Counted from the stretch's first letter, positions 10,201-20,023 are shown. The stretch is DNA of 64,000 nucleotides from Bradymonadia bacterium (GCA_046290225.1 JBKAGE010000038.1:256001-320000); one strand, 5' to 3'. Numbers and translations: made by a program. The notes: generated by a model not told the origin, from the letters alone.

Positions 10201-13200
10201 CCGGCAAATGCCGAGACCGGCGAAGCACACATTGCCGACGCCGAAGCCTTCATCGATGCGGCCGTCACAGTCTTCATCGAGACCGTTGCACCGTTCGTTG
10301 GTGGGCAACACTTGACCATTGCACTGGCCCAGGCTGCCTTCGGCGCAGAGGGCCTCGCCCCCACGACACAGACCCACGCCCTCGGTGCCCGCGGGGCCTG
10401 TGTAGCACACCCCCACCAACGGCTGACCATTGCCACCTTCGTCGACATTGCCGTCACAGTCTTCATCAGCACCGTCACATGTCTCGCCTCGGGACTCGCC
10501 AGCGATGGCAGAGCACACCACTGCGCCACCCTCACCACACTGCAGCACGCCATCTGCGGCGCAGATGCCGAGGCCCTCGGTACAGGCGTCACCCAAGCCC
10601 AGGCCCTCGTCGGCCTGGCCGTCACAATCATCGTCGAGGCCGTTGCACGCCTCGTCCACCGACACACCCGGCGTCGCGTTGCAGCTCAGGCCGCCAGCGT
10701 CGGGGGCACAGACGACCTGCCCCCCGCGACGACACTGGCCGACACCGGTGCTGCAGTCTGCGCCGATGCCGTCGAGGTTCTCGTCGGCCTGACCGTCACA
10801 ATCATTGTCTTCGCCATCACACAGCTCGGCCTGGGGGGTGATCTGGGCCTCACAGGGGCCAAAACCGCCCTGGGGCTGACACACCTGAGTGCCTGCCTGA
10901 CAGAGGCCCACGCCCTCGGTGCCTTCGGGCCCTCCGTAACAGGCCCGACGCTCGCCCGGCTCGCAGTTGCAATCCACCCCGTCGTCGATCACGCCATTGC
11001 AGTCGTTGTCCACGCCATCGCAGATCTCCAACGAAGGCAGGACCTGCTCGATGCAGGCGCCCGGCACACCACCGGCGCATGCACGTACCCCGGGGGCGCA
11101 CTGGCCCACGCCCTCTGAGCCCTCAGGACCGTCGTAGCAAGGGGCCTGAGCCTCGTCGGTGGTGCCGTCGCAGTCGTTGTCCTCGCCATCACACACATCA
11201 TCCACGGGGCCCTGCTGACCCACGCACAGCCCAGGTGCACCTGCGACACATGCCTGTCGACCGTCGGCGCACAGGCCTACTCGGCGGGTACCTTCGGGGC
11301 CGTCGTAGCAAGCCACCTCCAACAGGGCTTCGTCCGCCTGACCATCACAGTCGTTGTCTTCGCCGTCACACAGCTCGGGGCTCGGCGCTGCAGGCACAGC
11401 GTCACACCGCAGGCCCTCGCCGTTGGGCTGGCACACCACCACCCCTTCGCGGCGACATTGCCCGATCCCGAGCTGGCAGGCGGCCCCTACCCCTTCGAAG
11501 CCTTCGTCGGTAACGCCGTCACAATCATCGTCGATGCCATTGCAGCGCTCCTGAATGGGCTCCCCGGGCTGAGCGGTACAAATCACGCCGCCCAGCTCAC
11601 TGCACAGGAACACCCCATCGGCGGCGCAGGCGCCGAGGCCCTCGGTGCAGGCGCTGCCGGGGCTGAAGTCCTCGTCGAAGCGGCCATCGCAGTCCTGGTC
11701 GAGACCATCACATGTCTCGTCGACGGGGATCACCTGCCCCTCACACACACCAAAGTCGCCATCGACACAGGCCTGGCTGCCTCCCTGACAGAGCCCCTGC
11801 CCCTCGGACCCCTCTGGGCCCTCGTAGCAAATGCGCCGGAGAGGCTGGCCGTTGCCCCCTTCGTCGGTGCGGCCGTCGCAGTCGTCGTCGATGCCATTGC
11901 ACGTCTCCAACCCGGGGAAGCCCGGTGAGACGTTGCAGCGCAGGTTGCCGTCGAGATCACACTGCGACATGCCGACGTTCTCGCACGCCCCCACGCCTAC
12001 GGTGCAGGCCCCGCCAATGTCGAAATCTTCGTCAGTGATGCCGTCGCAGTCGTCGTCCAGCTCGTTGCACAGTTCCATTTGAGGCGGCAGGGGCAGCGCG
12101 TCACAGCGTGTACCCTGACCGTTGGGATCACAGCTGATGAGCCCCTGGACTCTGCACTGCCCCACCCCCTGCTCACAGGCCTGCCCCAGTTCGGGGAAGC
12201 CTTCGTCAAGGCGGGTGTCGCAGTCGTTGTCCAGGCCATCGCACCGCTCGACGTCGGGCCTCTGCTCGCCGACGCACAGTCCGAAGATCCCTTCGTCGTC
12301 ACAAGTCTGCACGCCGCCACGACACACCCCGATGCCCTGGGTATCCTGAGGCCCCCCGTAGCAGGGCCGCTCTTCCCCGAGGGCACAACGGCACTGCACC
12401 CCTTCATCGATGTTGCCATCGCAGTCTTCATCGATGCCGGAGCACTGCTCTTCTCCAGGCGGCAGCGGGTTCCCTGCGCAGATGAGCGCCCCACGCATCT
12501 CATCGCAGGCGAGCTGGCCCATGGCCGTGCACTGGCCGAGGCCCACGACGCAGGCCTCTCCAATCTGCTCATAGCCTTCGTCGACGTTGCCGTCGCAGTC
12601 TTCGTCGCCCTCACCACACAGCTCGAGGCCAGGGATCACCTGCCCCTCACAGGCACCGTATGCACCCTCGGTGCACACCCGGCGGCCGCCTGCGCAGGTG
12701 CCGATCCCTTCGGACCCTTCAGGGCCCTCGTAGCAAGGCTCAGTCAGCGGGTTGCCGCCTTCACCCTCATCGGTGGTGCCATCGCAATCGTCGTCTTCGC
12801 CATTGCACAGCTCGACCGACGGCGCCCCTGCGGTGACGTTGCACTGCACGTCCTGACCATTGGGGCCACAGACCATGGAGCCTTCCTCAGCACACAGACC
12901 AAGGCCTTCGGTGCACGGGTTGCCCAGCTCGGGGAAGTCTTCGTCGGCCCGGCCGTCACAGTCATCGTCTTCGCCGTTGCACACGTCTTCGGGCCATTGG
13001 CATTCGCCCCATGTGCCGGCGTCGCAACTCTGCGTGCCGCCGCCACACGGATCATCCGGGCAATCGCGGACATCACCATCCCTGCACTCACCGGCAGCGC
13101 CGCCCATGCCGCCCGCTTCACCACCTGCACCACCAGGGGCACCACCCTCGGCGCCCGCTCCACCTTCACCGCCCGCACCAGCACCCCCATCGATCTCGAT

Positions 13201-13359
13201 GGGCTCTGCATCGGCGACGACCGCACCGTTGTTGTTGCCCCCACCATCGTCGCAGGCAATGGTGAGCGCGCAGAGGGCCAGCAACCATGTCCAGGTCAGC
13301 GCGGTGCGACTCAGCCCCTTTTGGCTCAGCGCGGTGGGGCGCGGCGCAATATAACGCAT
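7276..13359 (-). CDS. Giant Cys/Asp-rich surface lipoprotein with ~26 MopE-related (putative metal-binding) repeats and a C-terminal fibrinogen-like domain
   Basis: Lipobox LTIAC; repeated ExCNGxDDDCDGxxDE; C-terminal SCL...VWCDQNTDGGGWT fibrinogen-like signature. Start taken at MRYIAP (13359). Confidence 0.85.
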   Translation of the reverse strand: MRYIAPRPTALSQKGLSRTALTWTWLLALCALTIACDDGGGNNNGAVVADAEPIEIDGGAGAGGEGGAGAEGGAPGGAGGEAGGMGGAAGECRDGDVRDCPDDPCGGGTQSCDAGTWGECQWPEDVCNGEDDDCDGRADEDFPELGNPCTEGLGLCAEEGSMVCGPNGQDVQCNVTAGAPSVELCNGEDDDCDGTTDEGEGGNPLTEPCYEGPEGSEGIGTCAGGRRVCTEGAYGACEGQVIPGLELCGEGDEDCDGNVDEGYEQIGEACVVGLGQCTAMGQLACDEMRGALICAGNPLPPGEEQCSGIDEDCDGNIDEGVQCRCALGEERPCYGGPQDTQGIGVCRGGVQTCDDEGIFGLCVGEQRPDVERCDGLDNDCDTRLDEGFPELGQACEQGVGQCRVQGLISCDPNGQGTRCDALPLPPQMELCNELDDDCDGITDEDFDIGGACTVGVGACENVGMSQCDLDGNLRCNVSPGFPGLETCNGIDDDCDGRTDEGGNGQPLRRICYEGPEGSEGQGLCQGGSQACVDGDFGVCEGQVIPVDETCDGLDQDCDGRFDEDFSPGSACTEGLGACAADGVFLCSELGGVICTAQPGEPIQERCNGIDDDCDGVTDEGFEGVGAACQLGIGQCRREGVVVCQPNGEGLRCDAVPAAPSPELCDGEDNDCDGQADEALLEVACYDGPEGTRRVGLCADGRQACVAGAPGLCVGQQGPVDDVCDGEDNDCDGTTDEAQAPCYDGPEGSEGVGQCAPGVRACAGGVPGACIEQVLPSLEICDGVDNDCNGVIDDGVDCNCEPGERRACYGGPEGTEGVGLCQAGTQVCQPQGGFGPCEAQITPQAELCDGEDNDCDGQADENLDGIGADCSTGVGQCRRGGQVVCAPDAGGLSCNATPGVSVDEACNGLDDDCDGQADEGLGLGDACTEGLGICAADGVLQCGEGGAVVCSAIAGESRGETCDGADEDCDGNVDEGGNGQPLVGVCYTGPAGTEGVGLCRGGEALCAEGSLGQCNGQVLPTNERCNGLDEDCDGRIDEGFGVGNVCFAGLGICRDEGTLACNGNGGVACVADIGEPQDETCNGLDDDCDGSFDEGPNGGALTEVCYTGAEGTLDQGLCRAGNRTCAGGAFGQCQNEITPRNERCDEADNDCDGSVDEDFDLGTACIRGLGLCAVEGQLVCDVERIGTTCGGAQGPSPVAELCNGLDDDCDGATDENFNNLGQPCLSGIGACLAQGTFACSAGGDRVVCDAELGQPQPELCNGEDDDCDSFTDENPTDVGQPCFAGVGICAVEGVVQCDEIFERSFCDATPGEPGVETCDGEDDDCDGNIDEDAIAGAPCSVGIGACEVQGATVCGPDGEQVCDAVAGDPQAEVCNGVDDDCDGTTDEGFDLGDPCSGGIGRCAFDGATVCNAQGEIVCSDPGGVPVPEACNDFDDDCDGNIDEGFDTIGQACQVGVGICVSGGVNVCSGTPEQEALAFTGVRNDLTVAEAEAGGFELCWLEVYEEGQTTINNADPVTGNPPILGRCDEDVLLMGCRRIGSEALSVAAMGDRAEILEPTEFAERRPENEHNGVNWYFNIDYAWGFAPAGVEIDVFTCDRVENVASNQRVCWYTSDDKVRPGFRCGEEIVNASGIWERFIFHRSGTATDGAVGVAVCGADPLPPEIEACNTFDDDCDGTVDEGFDLGTACVSGIGGCAAPGQVICGLDGAATCSAEAAPPEDELCNGIDDDCDGSTDEDFALESDCIVGVGACQAEGEIECDLQTGEAVCDATPEPPGQEVCNAFDDDCDGISDEGVENCVVYPSCLAARQAGEVNSGIQIIQPDPGSRGFEVWCDQNTDGGGWTTVASSAVPSNGRGSGTMDDRVIDGGDYLSSLAPRGLSTGVWGGMLALGDRFDIRFACRDHRAGSSFDPMTVDLSFYDNGWYAEIVSGIDADSCFFTPDEPVGPPPARRNNLTGMEIDAGVNWGQGQLVAEDSCADGGDFIIDFNDGGSRGNRSDGTDWGEYNAARVCGTSNLATGQWMILVRETQ

Positions 13360-13506
13360 AGGTGATCTTTCGTGCGGGAGTGTCCGGTGAAGTGTGCTCA
13401 ATGATTCTGCCGGATAACGGGGGTCGACGCACTGTTGAATTTCCCAAGTGGATTCCAGTGGCCCCGATTGTGTAAACAAGGCCATCGAACCGCCTCAGGA
13501 GTTCCG

Positions 13507-16245
13507 ATGCATACTCTCCATCGCCGCCCTCTTCGGGGCTGGTCTCACGGCACCCTCGCCGTCCTCTTCGCCACCGGCATCACCCTCGCAGGGTGCGATG
13601 ACGACTCTGGTGAATCTACCCCCACCCCTGACGCCATGGCAGGTGCCGGCGGCGACACAGGAGGTGTCGGTGGTGAAGCCGGCGGCGCAGGTGGCGAAGC
13701 AGGCGCTGGGGGTGTTGTCGGCGGTGCTGGTGGCGAAGCGGGTATGGGTGGTGAGCCCGGTGGTGCCGGCGGCATGGGCGGAGATCCAGGCGGCGCAGGC
13801 GGCATGGGTGGAGATCCGGGCGGCGCAGGTGGCATGGGTGGCGACCCAGGCGGCATGGGCGGCATGGGCGGTGCTGGTGGCATGGGCGGAGATCCCGGTG
13901 GTGCCGGCGGCATGGGCGGAGACCCCGGTGGTATGGGCGGAATGGGCGGAATGGGCGGTATGCCCATGCCTGTGGAGTTCTCCACCGGGCCACTGCCAGA
14001 GACCCCATTCCCCCGTGGGCACATCGTCGCCCTCAGCGGCGAAGACGACGCGGCATACGTGGCCTGGATCCAGGACGGCATGCTGTGGGCGGCATGGTCC
14101 CCCGAGGCCGGCATGCTCGGCGAAGCGACACCCATCGTCGACGAAGTCATCGCCCCTGCCGAGCTGCAGGGCGCCTTTGTGAACGGCCGTTGGTGGGTGG
14201 TGGTGCCCACGGCCCCCGACGGCGCACTGGTGGCCATCGACCTCGCCGCTGATCCTGAAGATGTTGAGGGCCGCATCGAACTGGGCATGCTCGCTGACTT
14301 CGACGAGGGCGAGACCCCGCGCTATGCCCTCGCTCAGAGTGGCGAGACCGTGCTGGTGGTCGGTCGCGGGATCCCCCGTGACATCACCGAGCGCGTCGAC
14401 GGCGCCCCCCTGAACCTGCGCACGCTTCAAGGCAACCAGCGCGGCCCGCTGTTGAGCGACGGCCAGGGCCTGCCGTTCCCCATGACCATCGCCCCCGCTT
14501 TGGATGGTTGGGTCATGGGGGCTCTGGGCCACTGCGCCTGGTGGACCGACGAGCTGGTGTACCAGGGCCGTTGGCGCTGCCCCGATCTCGTGGCCGGTGG
14601 CCTCGTCGGCGAGGGTGAGCACCTGACCTTCGTGGGTGATCTGGCCGACGCCGCTGACCCCATGAGCGTGATGGGGGCCATGCAGGGGGCGACCCCGGGA
14701 GTGAGCCCCCTCGAGGCACCCTTCGTCGATCTCCCAGGCGCCCCCGATCTGGGCCACGCCTTGCTTCAACGCACTGGGGTGAGCGGCGATCAGCTGGCCC
14801 TCATCCAGGGTGTCAACGCTGAGGCTGGCGACGAGGTCTCGCTTGTCTTTGCCGACGCTGACGGCACCACCCGCGTGGCCATGCCTGGCGGTGAAGACGC
14901 CGCCCCAGTGATGGCGGTCATCTCCACGGAGAACCGACTTGAGCTTGTGGTCGTGGAAGACGAGAGCGTAGCGCTGATGGCCACCGCCGGCGAGGCCGGG
15001 CCGGAGACGCCCGCGTATGCGCGGCCCGACGAGGCCTGCCCACAGGCCCTGGTGGCACCGGAAGACTGCTCCCCACAGGACCGCGACTGCGATGGCAACC
15101 CCACCAACGGCCTCTGCTGTGCCGAAGAGCAGCCCCTCTTCGAGGGCTCGTTCTCTCGACGACTCCGCGTGGGCCAGCAAGGCTTGCCAGCGCCCACGGC
15201 GCTCACCCCCGACGGTGATGGGGTGTTCTTCGCCATCGATGTGGTCCCCACCCCCCTCGACCCCCGACGCAACGACGTGATCATGGGTCAGGTGAGCCTC
15301 GACGGTGAGCAGACCGAGATCCTGAACACCTTCAGCCTGATGCACGATCCCAGCATGTTCCGGGTCACCGACAACGCCGTGGTCTTCACCGCCCTGGCAG
15401 AAGACACCGACTTGCCGGTGCTGCTCTGGTACCTGCCTCAGATGGACGGTGAGTGGGTGACCTCTCAGAGCAACGCGCCTTGTGATCCCATCCTGGAGAT
15501 GGAGCTCGTGGAGGGTGATCGCCTTCGAGTGTACTGCCCTGATGGCATTCGTCAGGTGCCTCATGGTGGTGGGGGCTTCGCCGACATCGAGGTGGTCCGC
15601 TACCCCGATAACGTGCGCGATGTGCGCTGGATCCGGCGCCGCAGCTTCTCTGGCCCTGTGGAGAACGGCTCCGAAGAGTTGCTGGTGGCCACAGGCGTGG
15701 ACTATCAGCTGCGTCACTGGCGCAGCGACCTCTCTGGCGGCGCGGTCATCGTCGAAGACGAACTGCCTCACGAGGAGCTCGATCTCCTCGGCGCCGGCGA
15801 CTTCTTCGATCGTGAAGACGCAGTGTATGGCCCAGTGGCCCCAGGGGGTTACATGGTCCGCCGCACCCGCCGGCGCTGGCTCGAGGTCTTCGTGCCGGGG
15901 TATGGCTGGTCCCCGGTCCCCGGCTCGACCTGGCCCCTCGAGGCCCACGCCACCGCGGATTTGCCCTTCGCAGTGCAGTCCGTCTACCTCGGCCGTCGCC
16001 GCGATGCAGATCTGCGTATGCTCCCGGTGAGCTTCTTCGTGCACGATTTGCGGCCCGGTGGGGCCTGGTGGGGTCGCCCGCTGGTCTTCGAAGGGGGCCA
16101 GGTGGCCACCATCAACCACCGCAGCTTCGGCCTCACTGATTTCGCAGATGAAGAGGGATTGCCCCGGATGATGTTGCTGCGGGACAGCGATGAAGGCCGG
16201 GGCTATGTCACCGGCGTCTCGATCTCCTGCGGCGAGGCCCCTTGA
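13507..16245 (+). CDS. Large lipoprotein with Gly/Met-rich linker and one MopE-like Cys motif
   Basis: RBS AGGAG before ATG 13507; lipobox LAGC; (GGAGGMGGDP)n; EDCSPQDRDCDG. Confidence 0.75.
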   Translation: MHTLHRRPLRGWSHGTLAVLFATGITLAGCDDDSGESTPTPDAMAGAGGDTGGVGGEAGGAGGEAGAGGVVGGAGGEAGMGGEPGGAGGMGGDPGGAGGMGGDPGGAGGMGGDPGGMGGMGGAGGMGGDPGGAGGMGGDPGGMGGMGGMGGMPMPVEFSTGPLPETPFPRGHIVALSGEDDAAYVAWIQDGMLWAAWSPEAGMLGEATPIVDEVIAPAELQGAFVNGRWWVVVPTAPDGALVAIDLAADPEDVEGRIELGMLADFDEGETPRYALAQSGETVLVVGRGIPRDITERVDGAPLNLRTLQGNQRGPLLSDGQGLPFPMTIAPALDGWVMGALGHCAWWTDELVYQGRWRCPDLVAGGLVGEGEHLTFVGDLADAADPMSVMGAMQGATPGVSPLEAPFVDLPGAPDLGHALLQRTGVSGDQLALIQGVNAEAGDEVSLVFADADGTTRVAMPGGEDAAPVMAVISTENRLELVVVEDESVALMATAGEAGPETPAYARPDEACPQALVAPEDCSPQDRDCDGNPTNGLCCAEEQPLFEGSFSRRLRVGQQGLPAPTALTPDGDGVFFAIDVVPTPLDPRRNDVIMGQVSLDGEQTEILNTFSLMHDPSMFRVTDNAVVFTALAEDTDLPVLLWYLPQMDGEWVTSQSNAPCDPILEMELVEGDRLRVYCPDGIRQVPHGGGGFADIEVVRYPDNVRDVRWIRRRSFSGPVENGSEELLVATGVDYQLRHWRSDLSGGAVIVEDELPHEELDLLGAGDFFDREDAVYGPVAPGGYMVRRTRRRWLEVFVPGYGWSPVPGSTWPLEAHATADLPFAVQSVYLGRRRDADLRMLPVSFFVHDLRPGGAWWGRPLVFEGGQVATINHRSFGLTDFADEEGLPRMMLLRDSDEGRGYVTGVSISCGEAP
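13741..13960 (+). repeat. Intragenic imperfect tandem repeat encoding GGAGGMGGDP / GGM units
   Basis: Repeated ~30-nt ggcggcgcaggcggcatgggtggagatccg-like units and 9-nt ggcggcatg units. Confidence 0.8.
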
Positions 16246-16281
16246 GGATCTACTGAGCACCCCATCGCAGCCTGCCGAGCC

Positions 16282-17064
16282 TCAGAACAGGTTGTACCCG
16301 CCGTCTACTCGAACCACCTGCCCAGTCATGTACGAGGCTTCGTCCGAGGCCAGGTACACCACAATGTCCGCAATCTCCGAAGGCTGGCCGTAGCGCTTCT
16401 GAGCAGCGCGGTCGGTGTACATTTTGGCGAACTCGGGGTTCTCGGTGAGGCCCGCGGCGAGGCGGGTCTCCACGAGGCCAGGAGCCACAGCGTTGACACG
16501 GATGCCCAAGGGGCCGAGTTCGAGAGCGAAGGTCTGCGTCATGCTGATCATGGCGGCCTTGCTCATGCCGTACACCCCCTGAAGCGGCGCCGCCCCGAGC
16601 CCGGCGACGCTGGAGATGTTGATGATGCTCCCGGGCTTCTTGGCAGCAACCAGGGCCCCAGCCACAGCCTGAATCAGCGAGAAGGGCCCCTTGAGGTTCA
16701 CCTCCATCGTCTTGTCCCAGGCGGTCTCGGGGGTGTTGATGATGGGCCCGTAATAGGGGTTGGTGGCAGCATTGTTCACCAGGATGTCAGGCAGGCCAGG
16801 CCCCGCCTCGCTCCCCATCCAGGACAACAGCTCGGTGATGTGCTCTTGCTGGCCCACGTGGCACACACGGCCGATGACCTGACCACCGGTCTCCGCGACG
16901 ATGGCCTCTGCGGCGGCCTCGATGGCGGGCTGCTTGCGAGAGACGATGACCACCGTGGCCCCCTCCTCGGCGAAGCGGGTGGCGATGGCGTGGCCGATGC
17001 CCCGGCTGGCGCCGGTGACGAGGGCGATGCGGCCGTGAAGACGGCCTGGGCGTTCAGTCTGCAT
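16282..17064 (-). CDS. SDR family oxidoreductase
   Basis: LVTGASRGIG, LVNNAA, YGMSK (YxxxK) and IRVNAVAPG. Confidence 0.93.
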   Translation of the reverse strand: MQTERPGRLHGRIALVTGASRGIGHAIATRFAEEGATVVIVSRKQPAIEAAAEAIVAETGGQVIGRVCHVGQQEHITELLSWMGSEAGPGLPDILVNNAATNPYYGPIINTPETAWDKTMEVNLKGPFSLIQAVAGALVAAKKPGSIINISSVAGLGAAPLQGVYGMSKAAMISMTQTFALELGPLGIRVNAVAPGLVETRLAAGLTENPEFAKMYTDRAAQKRYGQPSEIADIVVYLASDEASYMTGQVVRVDGGYNLF

Positions 17065-17154
17065 GGATTGCGTGCTCCGCGACCTCGTGGTCGCTGTCTC
17101 GGCTCGAAGAATGGCCGAGACACAGAGCACCTGACGTGAGTCGGTGGGGTGCGT

Positions 17155-17844
17155 CTACCTCTTGGCCATGGCGATGCCGTTGAGCATACGCCAGGCCCGG
17201 GACATTCGGCGAGACATCCGTGTGGCCCGCCGCAGACCGTTCTCCATGCGCAGCCGCGCCATCTTGGCTTGCTTCTTGGCGTAGCGGTGCTCTTTGCGCA
17301 TCGTCTTCATCTGCGCCCGCACCCCCTCCATGCCCATGGGCCGGGCAGCCTCGAGCCGTGGGGGCTCGGGGGTGTCGCTGATGTCGATCTCCAGGGTGGG
17401 CACCTTCACAGTGGACTGCCCCGAGCGCAGCTGGTCCCGGGCGGCCTTGAGGCGCTCGATCTGCTTCTCGATGGCGGTAAGGGTGGTGATGCGGTCCGCC
17501 GCCCACCGTGCATCTCGGATCACGTCGGGGTGGGTGGCGTCGAGGGCGAGGTACAGCACGTGATGAATCGCCTCGCGCATGTCCTGACCTGGAGAGATGG
17601 CCCGGCTGGCGCTGCGCCACACCTCTTCGGCCTTGCCGTGCTCGTCGCGCTCGAGGTGACCAGCCACCTTCCGCAGCGCGGTCTTCTTCAGGCCCTTGGG
17701 GGTCTTGTCGGCCTTGGCGATGCGCATGAGCATGCGAGCATCCTCGCTCACCCCCTCCGCGAGGGCAGGGGTCGCCCAGAGCAGAGATGCGACGGCCAGC
17801 AAGAGGCCTGAAGCGCCGAGCTTTCGGGAGTGTGTGCTCACCAT
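17155..17844 (-). CDS. Secreted helical hypothetical protein
   Basis: RBS GGAGGGG; signal peptide ending LWATPALA; charged helical body. Confidence 0.6.
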   Translation of the reverse strand: MVSTHSRKLGASGLLLAVASLLWATPALAEGVSEDARMLMRIAKADKTPKGLKKTALRKVAGHLERDEHGKAEEVWRSASRAISPGQDMREAIHHVLYLALDATHPDVIRDARWAADRITTLTAIEKQIERLKAARDQLRSGQSTVKVPTLEIDISDTPEPPRLEAARPMGMEGVRAQMKTMRKEHRYAKKQAKMARLRMENGLRRATRMSRRMSRAWRMLNGIAMAKR

Positions 17845-18062
17845 GTTCCCCTCCAGAGGTCCGTACTGGGCCCCTATCGATTCGCCCGCCATCTGTCTCT
17901 CGCGACACGCTCTTCAGAAAGAGCGGGTCTCTTTTGTTTACCGAAAAATTCGGTATGAGACGAACGGTGGCTGCAGTTCTTTCATCAAATCTGAATTTTT
18001 CTGCGCGTATCCGTTGTTTTTATCCCTCGCCGCAGTGTGTACGCTCAGATTCACCTTTCGAT

Positions 18063-18228
18063 CTCATCGCACTCTGCAATCGGATTGAGTGTGAGTGCTT
18101 GCCTTGAGGGCAGATTTCGAGGTTGAAGATGCTCGACGATGCTTCGGCATCGCCTGCGCTCTTCGCCCCCGAACTCTGACCTCAATCCTGCGCCCTCCCG
18201 ACTCAATCCGATTGCAGAGCACGATCAG
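18063..18228. repeat. Intergenic inverted repeat (28-bp arms, 19-bp perfect core) with internal cUUCGg hairpin
   Basis: 18063-18090 vs 18201-18228 are complementary at 25/28; cgatgc-ttcg-gcatcg lies between them. A third copy of the arm is at 36221-36241. Confidence 0.75.
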
Positions 18229-18273
18229 GCCTTCGCCGACAGTGCATGCTGTCACAATCCGAGGAGAGGCACC

Positions 18274-19548
18274 ATGCCTGCTCAGAGCGCCACCAGCGCG
18301 TCCATCCGCTGGGGCCGTACGCTCACCATCGCACTGATCGCTGCAGGGGCCGCTGCCACGGGCCTGTTTCTCTATCTGAGATCACCTGTGGAGCCGCCCA
18401 AAGGTCCTGCACAACCTGAGGGCGAATCTTTTTCTGCAGGTGTCACTGCGGCCTTCGATGGTGCAGATCGCCAGCGCCAACGGCTCGCCGTCGACCTGAC
18501 CCCTGTGGGGCAGTTCGAGCTGCCCACCGACATTCAGTTCGCCCCCAATGGACTGATGATCGTCCTGCAGAAGCAGGGCGGCGCTCGCTGGCATGACCTC
18601 GAGACCGGAGAGCAGGGCACATGGTTCGACACCAAAGTGCTCACCCGATCAGAGCAGGGGCTGTTGGGTCTTGCCTTCCACCCTGATTATTCGGCGAACG
18701 GCAAGATCTACCTGAACATGGTGGTCTCGAAGCGGGGCAAGCCCTTCACCCGCATTCAGGTCTGGCAGATGCCCCAGGGGGCCAGCATCAAGGACACAGC
18801 CCCAACCCCCGGGCCAGTGCTCATGGATGTATTGCAGCCCTACGCCAACCACAACGCCGGCCAGGTGGCCTTTGGCCCCGACGGGTTTCTATACGTGGGC
18901 CTTGGCGACGGCGGCCACGCCAATGATCCACACGATCATGGGCAGAACACTCGGAGCTTTCTGGGATCGATGTTGCGCCTCGACGTCGATCACCCAGCAC
19001 TAGGCAAGCCATATGGGATCCCGAAGGACAACCCCTTCGTCGGTCAGGACACCCACAAGCCGGAGATGTGGGCGGTGGGTCTGCGCAACCCCTGGCGATA
19101 CAGCTTTACCCCCGATGGCCGCCTCGTCACCGGCGACGTGGGCCAGAACAAGTGGGAGGAGATCACGTTCGTCCCCAAGGGTGGAAACCTGGGCTGGCGC
19201 CTCAGAGAAGCCGCGCACTGCTTCAAGCCTGCTCGGGACTGCGTCGTCGATGGGTTGACCGACCCGGTGTACACATACAGCCACGCTGAGGGGCGCTCGG
19301 TGACAGGAGGCTTTGTCGCCACAGGTGATCAGGTGCCTGCCCTGAAGGGCATGTACGTCTTCGGCGACTTTGTCTCGGGGCGCCTGTGGGCCATGAAGCT
19401 GCCCGCGGATGATGCTCAGGTGAAAGATGTGACCACCCTCGGTCGATGGCCGATCAGCCCCTCCTCTTTTGGTCGTGATGCCCAGGGTCAACTCTATGTG
19501 GCGGACTTCCGGGGCGGCCAGGTCTACCGTTTGACGGTGGTTCGATGA
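18274..19548 (+). CDS. PQQ-dependent glucose/sorbosone dehydrogenase family beta-propeller
   Basis: EQGLLGLAFHPDY, NHNAGQVAFGPDGFLYVGLGDGG, GLRNPWRYSF and GDVGQNKWEEI; N-terminal membrane anchor; RBS GAGGAG. Confidence 0.92.
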   Translation: MPAQSATSASIRWGRTLTIALIAAGAAATGLFLYLRSPVEPPKGPAQPEGESFSAGVTAAFDGADRQRQRLAVDLTPVGQFELPTDIQFAPNGLMIVLQKQGGARWHDLETGEQGTWFDTKVLTRSEQGLLGLAFHPDYSANGKIYLNMVVSKRGKPFTRIQVWQMPQGASIKDTAPTPGPVLMDVLQPYANHNAGQVAFGPDGFLYVGLGDGGHANDPHDHGQNTRSFLGSMLRLDVDHPALGKPYGIPKDNPFVGQDTHKPEMWAVGLRNPWRYSFTPDGRLVTGDVGQNKWEEITFVPKGGNLGWRLREAAHCFKPARDCVVDGLTDPVYTYSHAEGRSVTGGFVATGDQVPALKGMYVFGDFVSGRLWAMKLPADDAQVKDVTTLGRWPISPSSFGRDAQGQLYVADFRGGQVYRLTVVR

Positions 19549-19561
19549 TCCCCTGCAACGC

Positions 19562-20023
19562 TCAGGCAAGCTCCCCAGAGACATAGGTTTCGAAGACCAC
19601 CAGATCCACAGAGGCCTGCTCACCCACTGCGGTCATCACCTCTTTGACTGAGAGCCACGACAACCCACCGAGCCCTGCGCCGATCCGCGGCAACCCAATG
19701 CGCTTGACCCCGCGCCGCTCTGCACCTCTCACCATCTGCTCCAGGGCCTGCTCCACGGCCCACAGTTCGGCTTTGGACCGCCAATGGGCCTGGGTGCCCA
19801 GATTGAAGATCGTCTCGCACGCAGTGGGCCACTCGAAGACATCACCGAGGGTGAATGTACCCTCGAGGCACCTCTGCCGATATGCGCGGTACATGGCCGG
19901 ATAGCGCCGCTTGAAGGGCACAGCGATGCCCTTGCCCATTGATCCCGCGCAATTGCATCCATGGGCGAGGCCGTCGAGGCCATCGAAGTGAAACAGGTCT
20001 CCGGAGATGTACTGAACCGACAT
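19562..20023 (-). CDS. Macrodomain (ADP-ribose-processing, DarG/TARG1-like) protein
   Basis: GDLF, AHGCNCAGSMGKGIA and LPRIGAGLGGLSW. Confidence 0.88.
   Translation of the reverse strand: MSVQYISGDLFHFDGLDGLAHGCNCAGSMGKGIAVPFKRRYPAMYRAYRQRCLEGTFTLGDVFEWPTACETIFNLGTQAHWRSKAELWAVEQALEQMVRGAERRGVKRIGLPRIGAGLGGLSWLSVKEVMTAVGEQASVDLVVFETYVSGELA

Noticed and set aside
19562..20023. Macrodomain gene as the antitoxin of a DarTG system
   Set aside because: No DarT-like ADP-ribosyltransferase is adjacent; treated as a stand-alone macrodomain.
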